This document shows, piece after piece, positions 56,169 through 64,000 of a DNA stretch of 64,000 nucleotides. The translations under genes and the position numbers were made by a program. A model generated the notes under the pieces. The model saw only the letters and a program-made list of their open reading frames with translations, ran no database searches and was not told the DNA's origin. The stretch is from Chitinophagales bacterium (lineage in GTDB: Bacteria; Bacteroidota; Bacteroidia; Chitinophagales; Saprospiraceae): NCBI GenBank assembly GCA_038252065.1, contig JBBSAQ010000015.1:10444-74443 (forward strand), read 5' to 3'. Each line of letters starts with the position of its first letter. Positions within the stretch are counted from its first letter, which is position 1.

Positions 56169-57179
56169 ATGTCCAGAAAACGTCAGCCCAAGATTTTCAA
56201 CAAGTCCCGCAACAGGGGCAGAACCATTTCATTTGTATTACATCTCCTGTTGCTATTGGTAGCCTTCCTTCCGTTTCTCTCTATGCAGACACCTGCGGAG
56301 CCTACAAAAGAAGCCCTGGTGTTCCAGTTTGACTATCCTTTCAACCAATACATCAAACCTGAAAAATTTGTGGTTGAGGAGCAGCATAAGACCCCTCCTA
56401 CTGCGGATATGGAGGCGGGTTCGCATATGTCCGGAAGTGAAGCCGGAGGGAACCGGACGAAGGCTGAGCCGATGCATTCTAGGCCCGTAGAAGCTGCCCC
56501 TTCCAAATTAGCGGCTCCTACTTTGAATACGGTGACGAGAACCACAAGTGCTATATTGTCTTCCACCGCTTCTGATATTCCATTACCCACGCCAAAGATT
56601 TCTACCCCTTCAGTCTGGCAGTCGGTCAGGGACAATTCATTCGAAGCTGACGCTGTAGAAGAGTTAAATATTATCGATTTTTCAAGTGGCAATGGCAAAA
56701 GCGATGTTGGTGGATCAGAGCCTGGTGATGATGATTCCGGTGTGACCAGTGATGGCTTTGGTACTAAACCAGGTGGAGGAGGAGGTAGCGGAAATGGTAC
56801 CGGAAATACGATTGGTAACGGTTCTGGTCCCGGCGGAGGCACAGGTGTAGGAAGTGCAGGAAAAAATACCGGTGTAGGAAATGATGGTACCGGTCTAGGC
56901 TGGCAGGTAGGTCTTGGAAAGGGATTTGACAGAAAGCTCGTTTCACGAGGAAATGTGGGAAGCATCGCCATCAAAGAAGGTCATATGACCGTCAGCATTT
57001 GCGTAGACAGAAGTGGAAAAGTGATCCGCACAAAATATAACCCCCTGGGTTCAAACATCAGGGAACCGGATCTCATCCGTAAAGCTGAAGCCGTTGCTGC
57101 AACCTATATATTTGTTGAAGACGCTTCTGCACCAGTAGAACAGTGTGGAAATCTTACGTTTATTTTTAAGATCAAGTAA
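56169..57179 (+). CDS. TonB-family energy-transducer-like protein
   Basis: 336 aa. The basic N-terminus and single TM segment read ISFVLHLLLLLVAFLPFL. A long Pro/Ser- then Gly-rich spacer (GGGGGSGNGTGNTIGNGSGPGGGTGVG) follows. The ~80-aa C-terminal domain is GHMTVSICVDRSGKVIRTKYNPLGSNIREPDLIRKAEAVAATYIFVEDASAPVEQCGNLTFIFK. It fits the TonB_C pattern. Confidence 0.65.
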   Translation: MSRKRQPKIFNKSRNRGRTISFVLHLLLLLVAFLPFLSMQTPAEPTKEALVFQFDYPFNQYIKPEKFVVEEQHKTPPTADMEAGSHMSGSEAGGNRTKAEPMHSRPVEAAPSKLAAPTLNTVTRTTSAILSSTASDIPLPTPKISTPSVWQSVRDNSFEADAVEELNIIDFSSGNGKSDVGGSEPGDDDSGVTSDGFGTKPGGGGGSGNGTGNTIGNGSGPGGGTGVGSAGKNTGVGNDGTGLGWQVGLGKGFDRKLVSRGNVGSIAIKEGHMTVSICVDRSGKVIRTKYNPLGSNIREPDLIRKAEAVAATYIFVEDASAPVEQCGNLTFIFKIK

Positions 57180-57198
57180 AGAAGAATTTGTTTTTGTC

Positions 57199-57266
57199 GG
57201 TTTATGAAGTTTATAGGTTTATAGGTTTATAGGTTTATAGGTTTATAGGTTTATAGGTTTATAGGT
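57199..57266. repeat. (GTTTATAG)x7 octanucleotide tandem repeat with degenerate flanking units
   Basis: Seven perfect units occupy 57209-57264. They are preceded by GGTTTATGAA and followed by GT. The array starts 20 nt after the stop of the TonB-like gene. Confidence 0.95.
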
Positions 57267-57410
57267 GTAACAATCTAAGGGAACATACGTTTCTAATTAG
57301 TTCAATAAATTTTTCTAAGTGAATTCCTTAAGTGAACTTAAGTTTCCAAGTGGTTCAATAAAAGGTTAGATTGTTATGTGGTCTGTAGCTGCTAGTTCGA
57401 ATTTAAAAAA

Positions 57411-57473
57411 TCGTTAATCGTTAATCGTTACTCGTTAATCGTTAATCGTTACTCGTTATTCATTACTCGTTTC
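57411..57473. repeat. (TCGTTAA/TCGTTAC)-type heptamer tandem repeat, 9 units, overlapping the ridA stop
   Basis: TCGTTAA TCGTTAA TCGTTAC TCGTTAA TCGTTAA TCGTTAC TCGTTAT TCATTAC TCGTTTC. It has a 21-bp higher-order period. The RidA C-terminus ...ETSNE and its TAA stop (57456-57458) are encoded by the last units. Confidence 0.92.
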
Positions 57474-57842
57474 CCTTGCTATCACTTCCATCTCTAATGC
57501 CGCTCCATAATGTAATGGTCCACATGGAATCACAGCTCTCGCTGGTTTGTGATCACCAAAACATTCTCCATACACTCTGTTGACTTCAGGCCAGTAACTT
57601 ATATCCGGAATATAGATTGTTGATTTAAGTACATGATCTAAACCCGAATTGGAGGCAAGGAGGATAGATTCAATATTCTGAATAGTTTGTCTCACCTGCG
57701 CTTCTACATCGCCTTCTACCATTTTACCTGTTGAAGGATCAAGCGGTAACTGGCCGGCTACGAATACAAGTCCCTGATTACATATGGCCTGGCTATAATG
57801 ACCGGCGGGAACAGGAGCTTCAGTGGTGATGATTTTTTTCAT
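57456..57842 (-). CDS. ridA: RidA/YjgF/Endoribonuclease L-PSP-family reactive-intermediate deaminase
   Basis: Start set to the ATG at 57842 (MKKIITTEAPVPAGHYSQAI...). Motifs GLVFVAGQLPLDP, ...ARAVIPCGPLHYGAALEMEVIA. ~128 aa, which is typical for the family. Confidence 0.85.
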   Translation of the reverse strand: MKKIITTEAPVPAGHYSQAICNQGLVFVAGQLPLDPSTGKMVEGDVEAQVRQTIQNIESILLASNSGLDHVLKSTIYIPDISYWPEVNRVYGECFGDHKPARAVIPCGPLHYGAALEMEVIARETSNE

Positions 57843-58276
57843 GTGACAAAGATACGCATCTAGCATGTCCTGTTTGATGGAAGAGGTCATGCTTTTCTTT
57901 CGATGCTGGATTAAGGGATGCCGGATTATGGACTCCAGACACAAAATTTTTAATTGCTCTTGCAGTGTTGATTTGAATAAACGAATTAGTCCTCATCAAA
58001 CTGATTCTTATATACAAATCATAACTTGAAGAAAGACATCTGAGTCTAGAGTCCGAAATCCGGTATCCCACAATCCGGCATCCCTCATACTTTACACCCG
58101 CTATCCACTTTATCCCCGGGGTTTTCGAAACGAAGTGAAGAAACACAGAGGAGAATTTTCGTTCGAGACGAATTTATTCGGCGAACGAAAAGAAGGGGCA
58201 AACCGTGATGAATCCGGCACCCATTCTTTAAATCTGAAAACAATAAACCATAAGTATCCGTTAAACGAACATTACC

Positions 58277-58284
58277 TATCTTTG
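58277..58284 (+). promoter_or_regulatory. Candidate -7 promoter box (TAnnTTTG) for ahcY
   Basis: TATCTTTG lies 41 nt upstream of the ahcY ATG. Confidence 0.4.
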
Positions 58285-58324
58285 CACCGCTTTTCAAAAA
58301 CTAATCATTAGAAACTTATAAATC

Positions 58325-59644
58325 ATGCAGGATCAATTGGTTGCACAAAATCTTAAGTATAAAGTAAAAGATATCTCCCTCGCCAAATGGGGCCGGATGG
58401 AGATCGAACTCGCTGAAGCTGAAATGCCAGGCTTAATGGCCCTCCGAAAAGAATATGGAGTATCCAGACCTCTCGCCGGCGCGCGTATCGCAGGTTGTCT
58501 TCATATGACTATCCAGACCGCAGTTCTGATCGAAACACTGAAAGAACTAGGTGCAGAAGTCTCCTGGTCATCATGCAATATCTTCTCTACACAAGACCAT
58601 GCCGCAGCAGCTATCGCAGCAGCAGGAATCCCGGTCTTCGCATGGAAGGGTATGTCTCTTGAAGAATATGACTGGTGCGTAGAGCAAACCTTATTTGCAT
58701 TCAGCGATAATCAGCCACTCAATATGATCCTCGATGATGGAGGTGATTTGACGAATATAGTTTTAGATAAATATCCTGAACTCGTAGCTTCAGTAAAAGG
58801 TATCACAGAAGAAACCACAACAGGCGTACTTCGTCTGTATGAGCGTCAAAAAATGGGGACGCTTCCAATGCCTGCAATCAATGTCAATGATTCTGTAACC
58901 AAATCAAAATTTGACAATAAATATGGTTGTCGCGAAAGTTGCGTTGATGCCATCAGAAGAGCAACAGATGTGATGATGGCCGGAAAGGTTGCCGTTGTCG
59001 CTGGTTATGGTGATGTAGGAAAAGGTTCAGCAGCTTCTCTCCAGTCTGCAGGTTGCAGAGTGATCGTCAGTGAAATCGATCCGATCTGCGCTCTTCAGGC
59101 CGCTATGGAAGGATTCGAAGTAAAACGAATGATAGATGCTGTGAAAGAAGCCGATATCGTCGTCACGGCCACCGGAAATAAAGATGTCATCGGCGGCGAA
59201 CATTTCAAATTGATGAAAGACAAAGTCATCGTTTGCAATATCGGTCATTTCGATACTGAAATAGATGTCGCCTGGTTAAATAAAAATGTAGGCAATACAA
59301 AAGTGGAAATCAAACCACAGGTTGACAAGTATACCATCAATGGAAAGGACATTATCCTCCTTGCTGAAGGTCGACTGGTCAACTTAGGTTGTGCCATGGG
59401 CCATCCATCATTCGTGATGTCAAATTCATTCACCAATCAAACATTGGCGCAGATTGAACTCTGGACAAAAGGCGATCAATACGAAAACAAAGTATATGTC
59501 CTTCCAAAACATCTTGATGAATTGGTAGCACGCTTGCATCTTGCAAAACTTGGTGTTGTACTTGATGAATTATCACCGGAACAAGCATCATATATCGGAG
59601 TGTCACCGGAAGGACCATTCAAGCCGGAGTACTACAGGTATTAA
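58325..59644 (+). CDS. ahcY: Adenosylhomocysteinase
   Basis: 439 aa. Motifs [43 protein letters not shown], the NAD-binding [17 protein letters not shown], ...[12 protein letters not shown]. Confidence 0.95.
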   Translation: MQDQLVAQNLKYKVKDISLAKWGRMEIELAEAEMPGLMALRKEYGVSRPLAGARIAGCLHMTIQTAVLIETLKELGAEVSWSSCNIFSTQDHAAAAIAAAGIPVFAWKGMSLEEYDWCVEQTLFAFSDNQPLNMILDDGGDLTNIVLDKYPELVASVKGITEETTTGVLRLYERQKMGTLPMPAINVNDSVTKSKFDNKYGCRESCVDAIRRATDVMMAGKVAVVAGYGDVGKGSAASLQSAGCRVIVSEIDPICALQAAMEGFEVKRMIDAVKEADIVVTATGNKDVIGGEHFKLMKDKVIVCNIGHFDTEIDVAWLNKNVGNTKVEIKPQVDKYTINGKDIILLAEGRLVNLGCAMGHPSFVMSNSFTNQTLAQIELWTKGDQYENKVYVLPKHLDELVARLHLAKLGVVLDELSPEQASYIGVSPEGPFKPEYYRY

Positions 59645-59726
59645 TAGTTGTTAAATATTGTGCCTGCGATCAAGACACAGCCTTGTTCGTACGCCAGATC
59701 GTCGGTCAACCGATGCTCAACAAGAA

Positions 59727-59760
59727 GGAAAAATGAGGTCACAGGATCTCATTTTTTTTT
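59727..59760 (+). terminator. Rho-independent terminator after ahcY
   Basis: GGAAAAATGAG-GTCACAGGAT-CTCATTTTTTTTT: the stem AAAAATGAG/CTCATTTTT is followed by a T-run. Confidence 0.7.
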
Positions 59761-59994
59761 ATATGTTCATATGACCTTTCTATGTTGTCCTTCGGGGAAA
59801 AGAACATTCTTTACTGAGCCGAAGTAAATTTTTGTTGAACCCTAACGGTCGCTGAGCCGAAGCGGAACGTTGATTCATACATCGAATGTATCCTTCTGAT
59901 TGTAGGTATTAACTAATGCTTTGGTATACAGATACGTCATTACAAAGTTTTAGTCTCGCTTTATCCGTATTTTTACAAAATCAAATCCTGAAAT

Positions 59995-60513
59995 GTGTTG
60001 ATCCTTTTGTTTCATATCCTCAGCTTCCTGTCTCCGTTCACATCGATTCTTTCAATCGGTGAGCATCCGATTCATGCCAGCATCTGCGAATTGAAATACA
60101 GTGAAAAAGATGCTGCATTTCAGGTGTCCGTCAAGGTATATATTGATGATCTTGAGATCGCCATGAAAAATGAAGGATATCCATCGGTCAACTTCGGAGC
60201 TACAACGGAAAACACACTCGCAGAGGAATACCTGGCGTCATACATTGATAAGTATTTCACCATTACACAGGATGGACACAAGTTGACATCAAGATTTGTT
60301 GGCAAAGAATTGAGTGATGACTTCCTTGCTGTGTGGTGTTATCTTGAGTTTCCGGCGACCACCTCAAAAGGTCAAAAATATACAATCACGAACCGGATAT
60401 TGCTTGATCTGTACAGCGATCAACGCAATATCATGGATATCCGGATGAACAGCACACAAAAAGAATATACCATTTTTGATCCTTCCAATAGTTCATGGAG
60501 TTATACCTACTAA
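59995..60513 (+). CDS. Hypothetical protein, DUF6702-like
   Basis: 172 aa. The pattern HPIHASICELKYSEKDAAFQVSVKVYIDDLEIAM resembles what I recall of DUF6702 proteins of Bacteroidota. GTG start, so the 5' end is uncertain. Confidence 0.5.
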   Translation: MLILLFHILSFLSPFTSILSIGEHPIHASICELKYSEKDAAFQVSVKVYIDDLEIAMKNEGYPSVNFGATTENTLAEEYLASYIDKYFTITQDGHKLTSRFVGKELSDDFLAVWCYLEFPATTSKGQKYTITNRILLDLYSDQRNIMDIRMNSTQKEYTIFDPSNSSWSYTY

Positions 60514-60517
60514 AATC

Positions 60518-60748
60518 ATGATCAGTAAATTCCTGATTTTACTTGTCAGATTTTATCAGCTGACACTTTCTCACCTCGTCGGCAAAGGATGTCGATTCAC
60601 ACCGACCTGCAGTCAATATATGATCGACGCCATCAATGAATGGGGCCCTTTCAAAGGTGTCTGGCTCGGGCTGCGTCGCATCGGAAGATGTCATCCCTGG
60701 GGAGGGCATGGATATGATCCGGTGCAGAAAAGACCAGTCAATAAGTAG
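60518..60748 (+). CDS. yidD: Membrane protein insertion efficiency factor YidD
   Basis: The start was moved to the ATG at 60518 (MISKFLILLVRFYQ...). Conserved core: CRFTPTCSQYMIDAINEWGPFKGVWLGLRRIGRCHPWGGHGYDPV. Confidence 0.9.
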   Translation: MISKFLILLVRFYQLTLSHLVGKGCRFTPTCSQYMIDAINEWGPFKGVWLGLRRIGRCHPWGGHGYDPVQKRPVNK

Positions 60749-60976
60749 GCTCTTCAATTATTTTAGAAAATCACTTAGTCGGCTTAATCGCTAATTGCGC
60801 AGATGATATTAAAAGTAATTTTCGCAAAAATGATTTGCGGCATTTGATGGCTTGAATCTGTCAATAACAAGATCCGATTCTGTAAGATCGCTGTTGAAAA
60901 TAATTCTGCGTATATCAGCGTGAAAGAGAATTCCTCCACATCGAGATTCCGGAGTCATTTATTCCATTGTCCCGAT

Positions 60977-61405
60977 TTAAGTATTTATAAAATAATCTAT
61001 TGCCCAGTCATACCCTTTCAGCCCTGATCCAATAAAATTCGAAACACACACATCCGTGAGATAACTATGCTGCCGAAATGATTCTCTTTTATGGATGTCT
61101 GAAATATGCACTTCGATCACCGGAGTTTCTATTGAAGTCACTGCATCTCTTAATGCAATGGACGTATGCGATAACCCACCCGCATTTAAAATTATTCCTG
61201 TGTTAACCGAAAATCCATTTTGATGCAGATAATCAATGATCGCCCCTTCATGATTCGATTGAAAATATTTCAATTCAACATCAGGATATTTCTTTTTTAA
61301 TTCGTCAAAATATTCTTCAAAAGACACAGAACCGTATATTTCAGGCTCTCTCTTTCCCAGTAGATTGAGATTCGGCCCGTTTAAGATATGAATTCGATTG
61401 ATCAT
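60977..61405 (-). CDS. aroQ: Type II 3-dehydroquinate dehydratase
   Basis: 142 aa. Motifs ILNGPNLNLLGKREPEIYG, SNHEGAIID, ...NAGGLSHTSIALRDA..., IEVHISDIHKRE. Confidence 0.93.
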   Translation of the reverse strand: MINRIHILNGPNLNLLGKREPEIYGSVSFEEYFDELKKKYPDVELKYFQSNHEGAIIDYLHQNGFSVNTGIILNAGGLSHTSIALRDAVTSIETPVIEVHISDIHKRESFRQHSYLTDVCVSNFIGSGLKGYDWAIDYFINT

Positions 61406-61423
61406 TAGTGAGAGATTCAGTTG

Positions 61424-61453
61424 AAGTCCCCTTTAGCGGATTTAGGGACAAAT
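61424..61453. repeat. REP-like palindromic element, forward copy 1 (slightly degenerate)
   Basis: GAAGTCCCCTTTAGCGGATTTAGGGACAAA. Confidence 0.75.
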
Positions 61454-61507
61454 CAGTCCATTGATGATGTGAATTCGAGTGATCATTTTGTGATTAGAGT
61501 GATTGAA

Positions 61508-61540
61508 TTGAAGTCCCCTTTAGGGGATTTAGGGGCAAAA
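61508..61540. repeat. REP-like palindromic element, forward copy 2 (closest to consensus)
   Basis: TTGAAGTCCCCTTTAGGGGATTTAGGGGCAAAA contains the hairpin core TCCCCTTTAGGGGA. Confidence 0.8.
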
Positions 61541-61547
61541 CAGGCTG

Positions 61548-63752
61548 TCAATTCGCCACATTCGACAAAAACTTTAACCTCACCAATTGAATTTCTTCAA
61601 CCGTATAGTCATCATCCTTCAGGGCGTGATAGGCATCATTGAAAGAATCTGTGGTTGCATTCATAAAATAATCATAGATACCCTCCTGGATACTTTCGTC
61701 GATCATAGGATCGATGAAATATTTCAGATCAAGCTTAGTGCCACTGCTCACAATAATATCTAATTCTTCCAGGAGTTCTTCCCGGGACAATTGATTCTGT
61801 CGCTGGATATCATCAAATGGCAATTTCTTATCAATGGCCTGAATGATGAGAACTTTAGTCCTTGATTTATTGGCTACTTGTCGGACGATAAATTCAGTAG
61901 GGCGCTCTATGTCATTTTCTTCAACGTAAGCTTTGATCAATTCAATAAATGCCTTACCATATTTCTGTGCCTTACCTAGTGACACACCACTGATATTGGA
62001 AAGCTCCTCCATTGTGATCGGATACTCAGTTGCCATTTCCTGTAGGGAGACATCCTGGAAGACAGCCCATGTAGGAACATTTTTTTTCTTGGCTTCTTTT
62101 TTACGCAGATCTTCTAATTGAGCGACAAGCACTTCATCGAGGGCAACCATCTTTGCAGGAGCATCATCATCAGTCGTTTTCTCATTGGAGAAATCACGAT
62201 TGAGGGGGATCTTAAGACTCTTTGGTTTTTGAATATAGGCCTTGCCTGCAGGTGTTATTTTTAATACACCATAATTTTCAATCTCCTTCTCGAGCAATCC
62301 CGCTAATAAAGCTTGCCTAACAATAGAATACCAAAAAACATCACCCTTCTCAATACCGGTCCCATAACCTTCAAGCAAATTGAAAGCGTATTCATTCATC
62401 TCCTTGCTGGACTTACCCATCATGAAGTCGACGATCACTTTCGTCGAGTATCCTTCTTTCAGTTTTACTATAACTTCGAGCGCTTTCTTTACTTCATTCT
62501 TTACTTCATGTTTTTCTTTTGGAAAGCGACAGTTATCACAATTCCCTTCACACTGGCTATCATCATATTCTTCACCGAAATAATGGAGCAGGAATTTCCG
62601 TCGGCAACCACTTGTCTCTGCATAGGCTACAACCTCTTCAAGAAGCTGTCCACCCATCTCGCGCTCAGCTACAGGCTTATCGCGAAGAAATTTCTCAAGC
62701 TTATAAATATCTTTTGGTGCATAAAATGAATAACAGGATCCTTCAAGACCATCACGTCCACCACGACCCGTCTCCTGATAGTAATTTTCAATACTCTTTG
62801 GTATATCATAGTGAATGACTACCCTGACATCCGGCTTGTCTATCCCCATGCCGAATGCGATCGTAGCACAGATCACCTTGACTTCTTCACTGAGGAAATT
62901 ATCCTGAACGCTTGCTCTCGTTTTGGAATCCATGCCCGCATGATACGGAGCTGCAGAGATACCATTGAGATTCAACATCTGTGCAAGTTCTTCGGTTGTT
63001 TTCCGGGCTTGTACATAGATGATGGCTGAAGGGCTACCCGCGCCTTTGAGAATCTGAAGAATTTCTTTTATCGTCTGTTCCTTATTGAGCTTAGGCCGGA
63101 CTTCATAGTATAAATTAGGTCTGTTGAAACTTGAAATAAACTTGCGTTCATTTTTCATTTCAAGACTCTTGACGATATCCGATTGGACTTTTGGGGTAGC
63201 TGTAGCAGTAAGTGCCATAGCCGGAATGTTCGTACCGATACGTTCGATCATCGAACGTATATTTCTGTATTCAGGACGGAAATCATGGCCCCATTCAGAG
63301 ATACAGTGGGCTTCATCTACGGCAACAAATGAAACATTGACATTGCTGAAAAATTCAAGATTCTCTTCTTTCGTCAATGTTTCGGGAGCTACATATAAGA
63401 GTTTTGTCACACCACTTTCTATATCCTCTTTTACCTGGGCTATCTCTTTACGTCCTAAGGATGAATTCAGAAAATGCGCAATAGCATCCCCTTCATGATA
63501 TCCACGGATAGCATCAACCTGATTTTTCATTAAGGCGATGAGTGGAGAAATAATGATGGCGGTTCCTTCCATCATCAATGCGGGTAACTGGTAACAAAGA
63601 GATTTGCCACCGCCCGTAGGCATGATGACAAGACAATCCCTGCCTTCCATTACCGTCTCGATAATGGCTTCCTGATCCCCTTTAAACTGCGTGAAACCAA
63701 AATATTCCCGTAGGGATTCCTGCAGGTCAATAACAGGCTGACTCATTGACAA
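61548..63752 (-). CDS. recQ: ATP-dependent DNA helicase RecQ
   Basis: 734 aa. Helicase motifs MPTGGGKSLCYQLPA, DEAHCISEWGHDFRPEY, ALTATAT and TIAFGMGIDKPDVRVVIHYD. The RQC zinc-finger cysteines read CRRKFLLHYFGE...CEGNCDNC. A C-terminal HRDC-like region is present. Confidence 0.95.
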   Translation of the reverse strand: MSMSQPVIDLQESLREYFGFTQFKGDQEAIIETVMEGRDCLVIMPTGGGKSLCYQLPALMMEGTAIIISPLIALMKNQVDAIRGYHEGDAIAHFLNSSLGRKEIAQVKEDIESGVTKLLYVAPETLTKEENLEFFSNVNVSFVAVDEAHCISEWGHDFRPEYRNIRSMIERIGTNIPAMALTATATPKVQSDIVKSLEMKNERKFISSFNRPNLYYEVRPKLNKEQTIKEILQILKGAGSPSAIIYVQARKTTEELAQMLNLNGISAAPYHAGMDSKTRASVQDNFLSEEVKVICATIAFGMGIDKPDVRVVIHYDIPKSIENYYQETGRGGRDGLEGSCYSFYAPKDIYKLEKFLRDKPVAEREMGGQLLEEVVAYAETSGCRRKFLLHYFGEEYDDSQCEGNCDNCRFPKEKHEVKNEVKKALEVIVKLKEGYSTKVIVDFMMGKSSKEMNEYAFNLLEGYGTGIEKGDVFWYSIVRQALLAGLLEKEIENYGVLKITPAGKAYIQKPKSLKIPLNRDFSNEKTTDDDAPAKMVALDEVLVAQLEDLRKKEAKKKNVPTWAVFQDVSLQEMATEYPITMEELSNISGVSLGKAQKYGKAFIELIKAYVEENDIERPTEFIVRQVANKSRTKVLIIQAIDKKLPFDDIQRQNQLSREELLEELDIIVSSGTKLDLKYFIDPMIDESIQEGIYDYFMNATTDSFNDAYHALKDDDYTVEEIQLVRLKFLSNVAN

Positions 63753-64000
63753 TGACTATTTTTTCTAAATATAGGAAACATAATGCGTATTAAAAAATCC
63801 AGTCCGTTGAAATTTATTTTTATCTCTCAATGGCTCTGGAACGGAGTGGATAAGATGAGGTTGAAGGATGTAATCAAAGATCAGGTGGATCAATAGTGAT
63901 GAAATCCAGATTTTAATTCCATAATTTGGAATAACGTAGTCACCTCGTATCATGAATATTATTTCAGAGAAAAATAAAGATGAATAAGGCGAAGTGATTG

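Noticed and set aside
56333-56974. 213-aa proline-rich ORF antisense to the TonB-like gene
   Set aside because: It is the complement of the Gly-rich (GGN) spacer, which automatically yields a Pro-rich open frame. It has no start context or motif, and the sense-strand gene has coherent membrane anchor/spacer/TonB_C architecture.
57388-57400. GTTCGAAT-like string that might hint at a tRNA T-arm
   Set aside because: The flanking sequence cannot be folded into acceptor, D and anticodon arms. No tRNA, rRNA, tmRNA or RNase P RNA signature was found in any intergenic gap of the window.
57820-58297. Two minus-strand ORFs (108 aa and 70 aa) in the ridA-ahcY spacer
   Set aside because: The first is an N-terminal read-through extension upstream of the plausible ridA start. 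The second has no motif or coding-like composition. The region is treated as non-coding and flagged separately for possible RNA structure.
59791-59876. Short repeated motif CTGAGCCGAAG (59813 and 59862), with a complementary CTTCGG at 59791 and a loosely similar CTTCGACCAGCTCA at 31093
   Set aside because: Only 11 bp are shared, and only two clear copies exist. That is insufficient to call a repeat family or structure without a genome-wide search.
63765-63953. 62-aa minus-strand ORF upstream of recQ at the right edge
   Set aside because: No recognisable motif, and it is close to the window end so context is missing. A 38-aa plus-strand ORF in the same stretch is equally unconvincing.
1-64000. 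Search for mobile elements, prophage, toxin-antitoxin, restriction-modification or other defence systems
   Set aside because: No transposase, integrase, recombinase, nuclease/methylase pair, phage structural gene or flanking tRNA/att-like repeat was recognised. Gene content is predominantly housekeeping and composition looks uniform by eye.

Overview
The window reads as a core chromosomal segment of a Bacteroidota genome. This rests on a SusC/SusD pair, three proteins with T9SS (Por) C-terminal sorting domains, TAnnTTTG-type -7 promoter boxes, and a Rho with a long N-terminal insertion. I cannot name the genus. About 52 protein genes fill roughly 90% of the sequence.

Most genes are housekeeping: aroA, aroB, aroQ, folB, gcvT, frr, serS, rho, rpmH, rnpA, yidD, ahcY, recQ, a PBP1A-type synthase, phoH and an EF-G paralog. 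rpmH is too short for the ORF track and was found by hand.

Accessory-type loci are:
- a SusC/SusD pair next to an FG-GAP/ASPIC-UnbV protein. The latter was also found by hand, because it runs off the left edge.
- a T9SS-secreted agmatine/peptidylarginine deiminase homolog.
- two tandem paralogs sharing an uncharacterised four-cysteine domain, one of them fused to OmpA.
- a TetR-TolC-HlyD-2xABC-2xABC2 efflux operon.
- a locus of orphan response regulator, TonB-dependent receptor, internally duplicated 1114-aa T9SS protein and TonB-like protein.

I found no rRNA, tRNA, CRISPR array, transposase, integrase, phage gene or recognisable defence system.

The most unusual signal is non-coding. Many genes end in, or are directly followed by, short tandem repeats with a 7-bp period (one has 8 bp). 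The clearest case is a nearly perfect (AAAATCG)x15 array after frr. There is also a dispersed ~30-bp palindromic REP-like element, with four good copies and one degenerate copy.

The best candidate for an uncharacterised protein system is the receptor / duplicated T9SS protein / TonB-like locus, but I cannot assign it a function from sequence alone. All homology calls come from motif recognition by eye. No database search was run.
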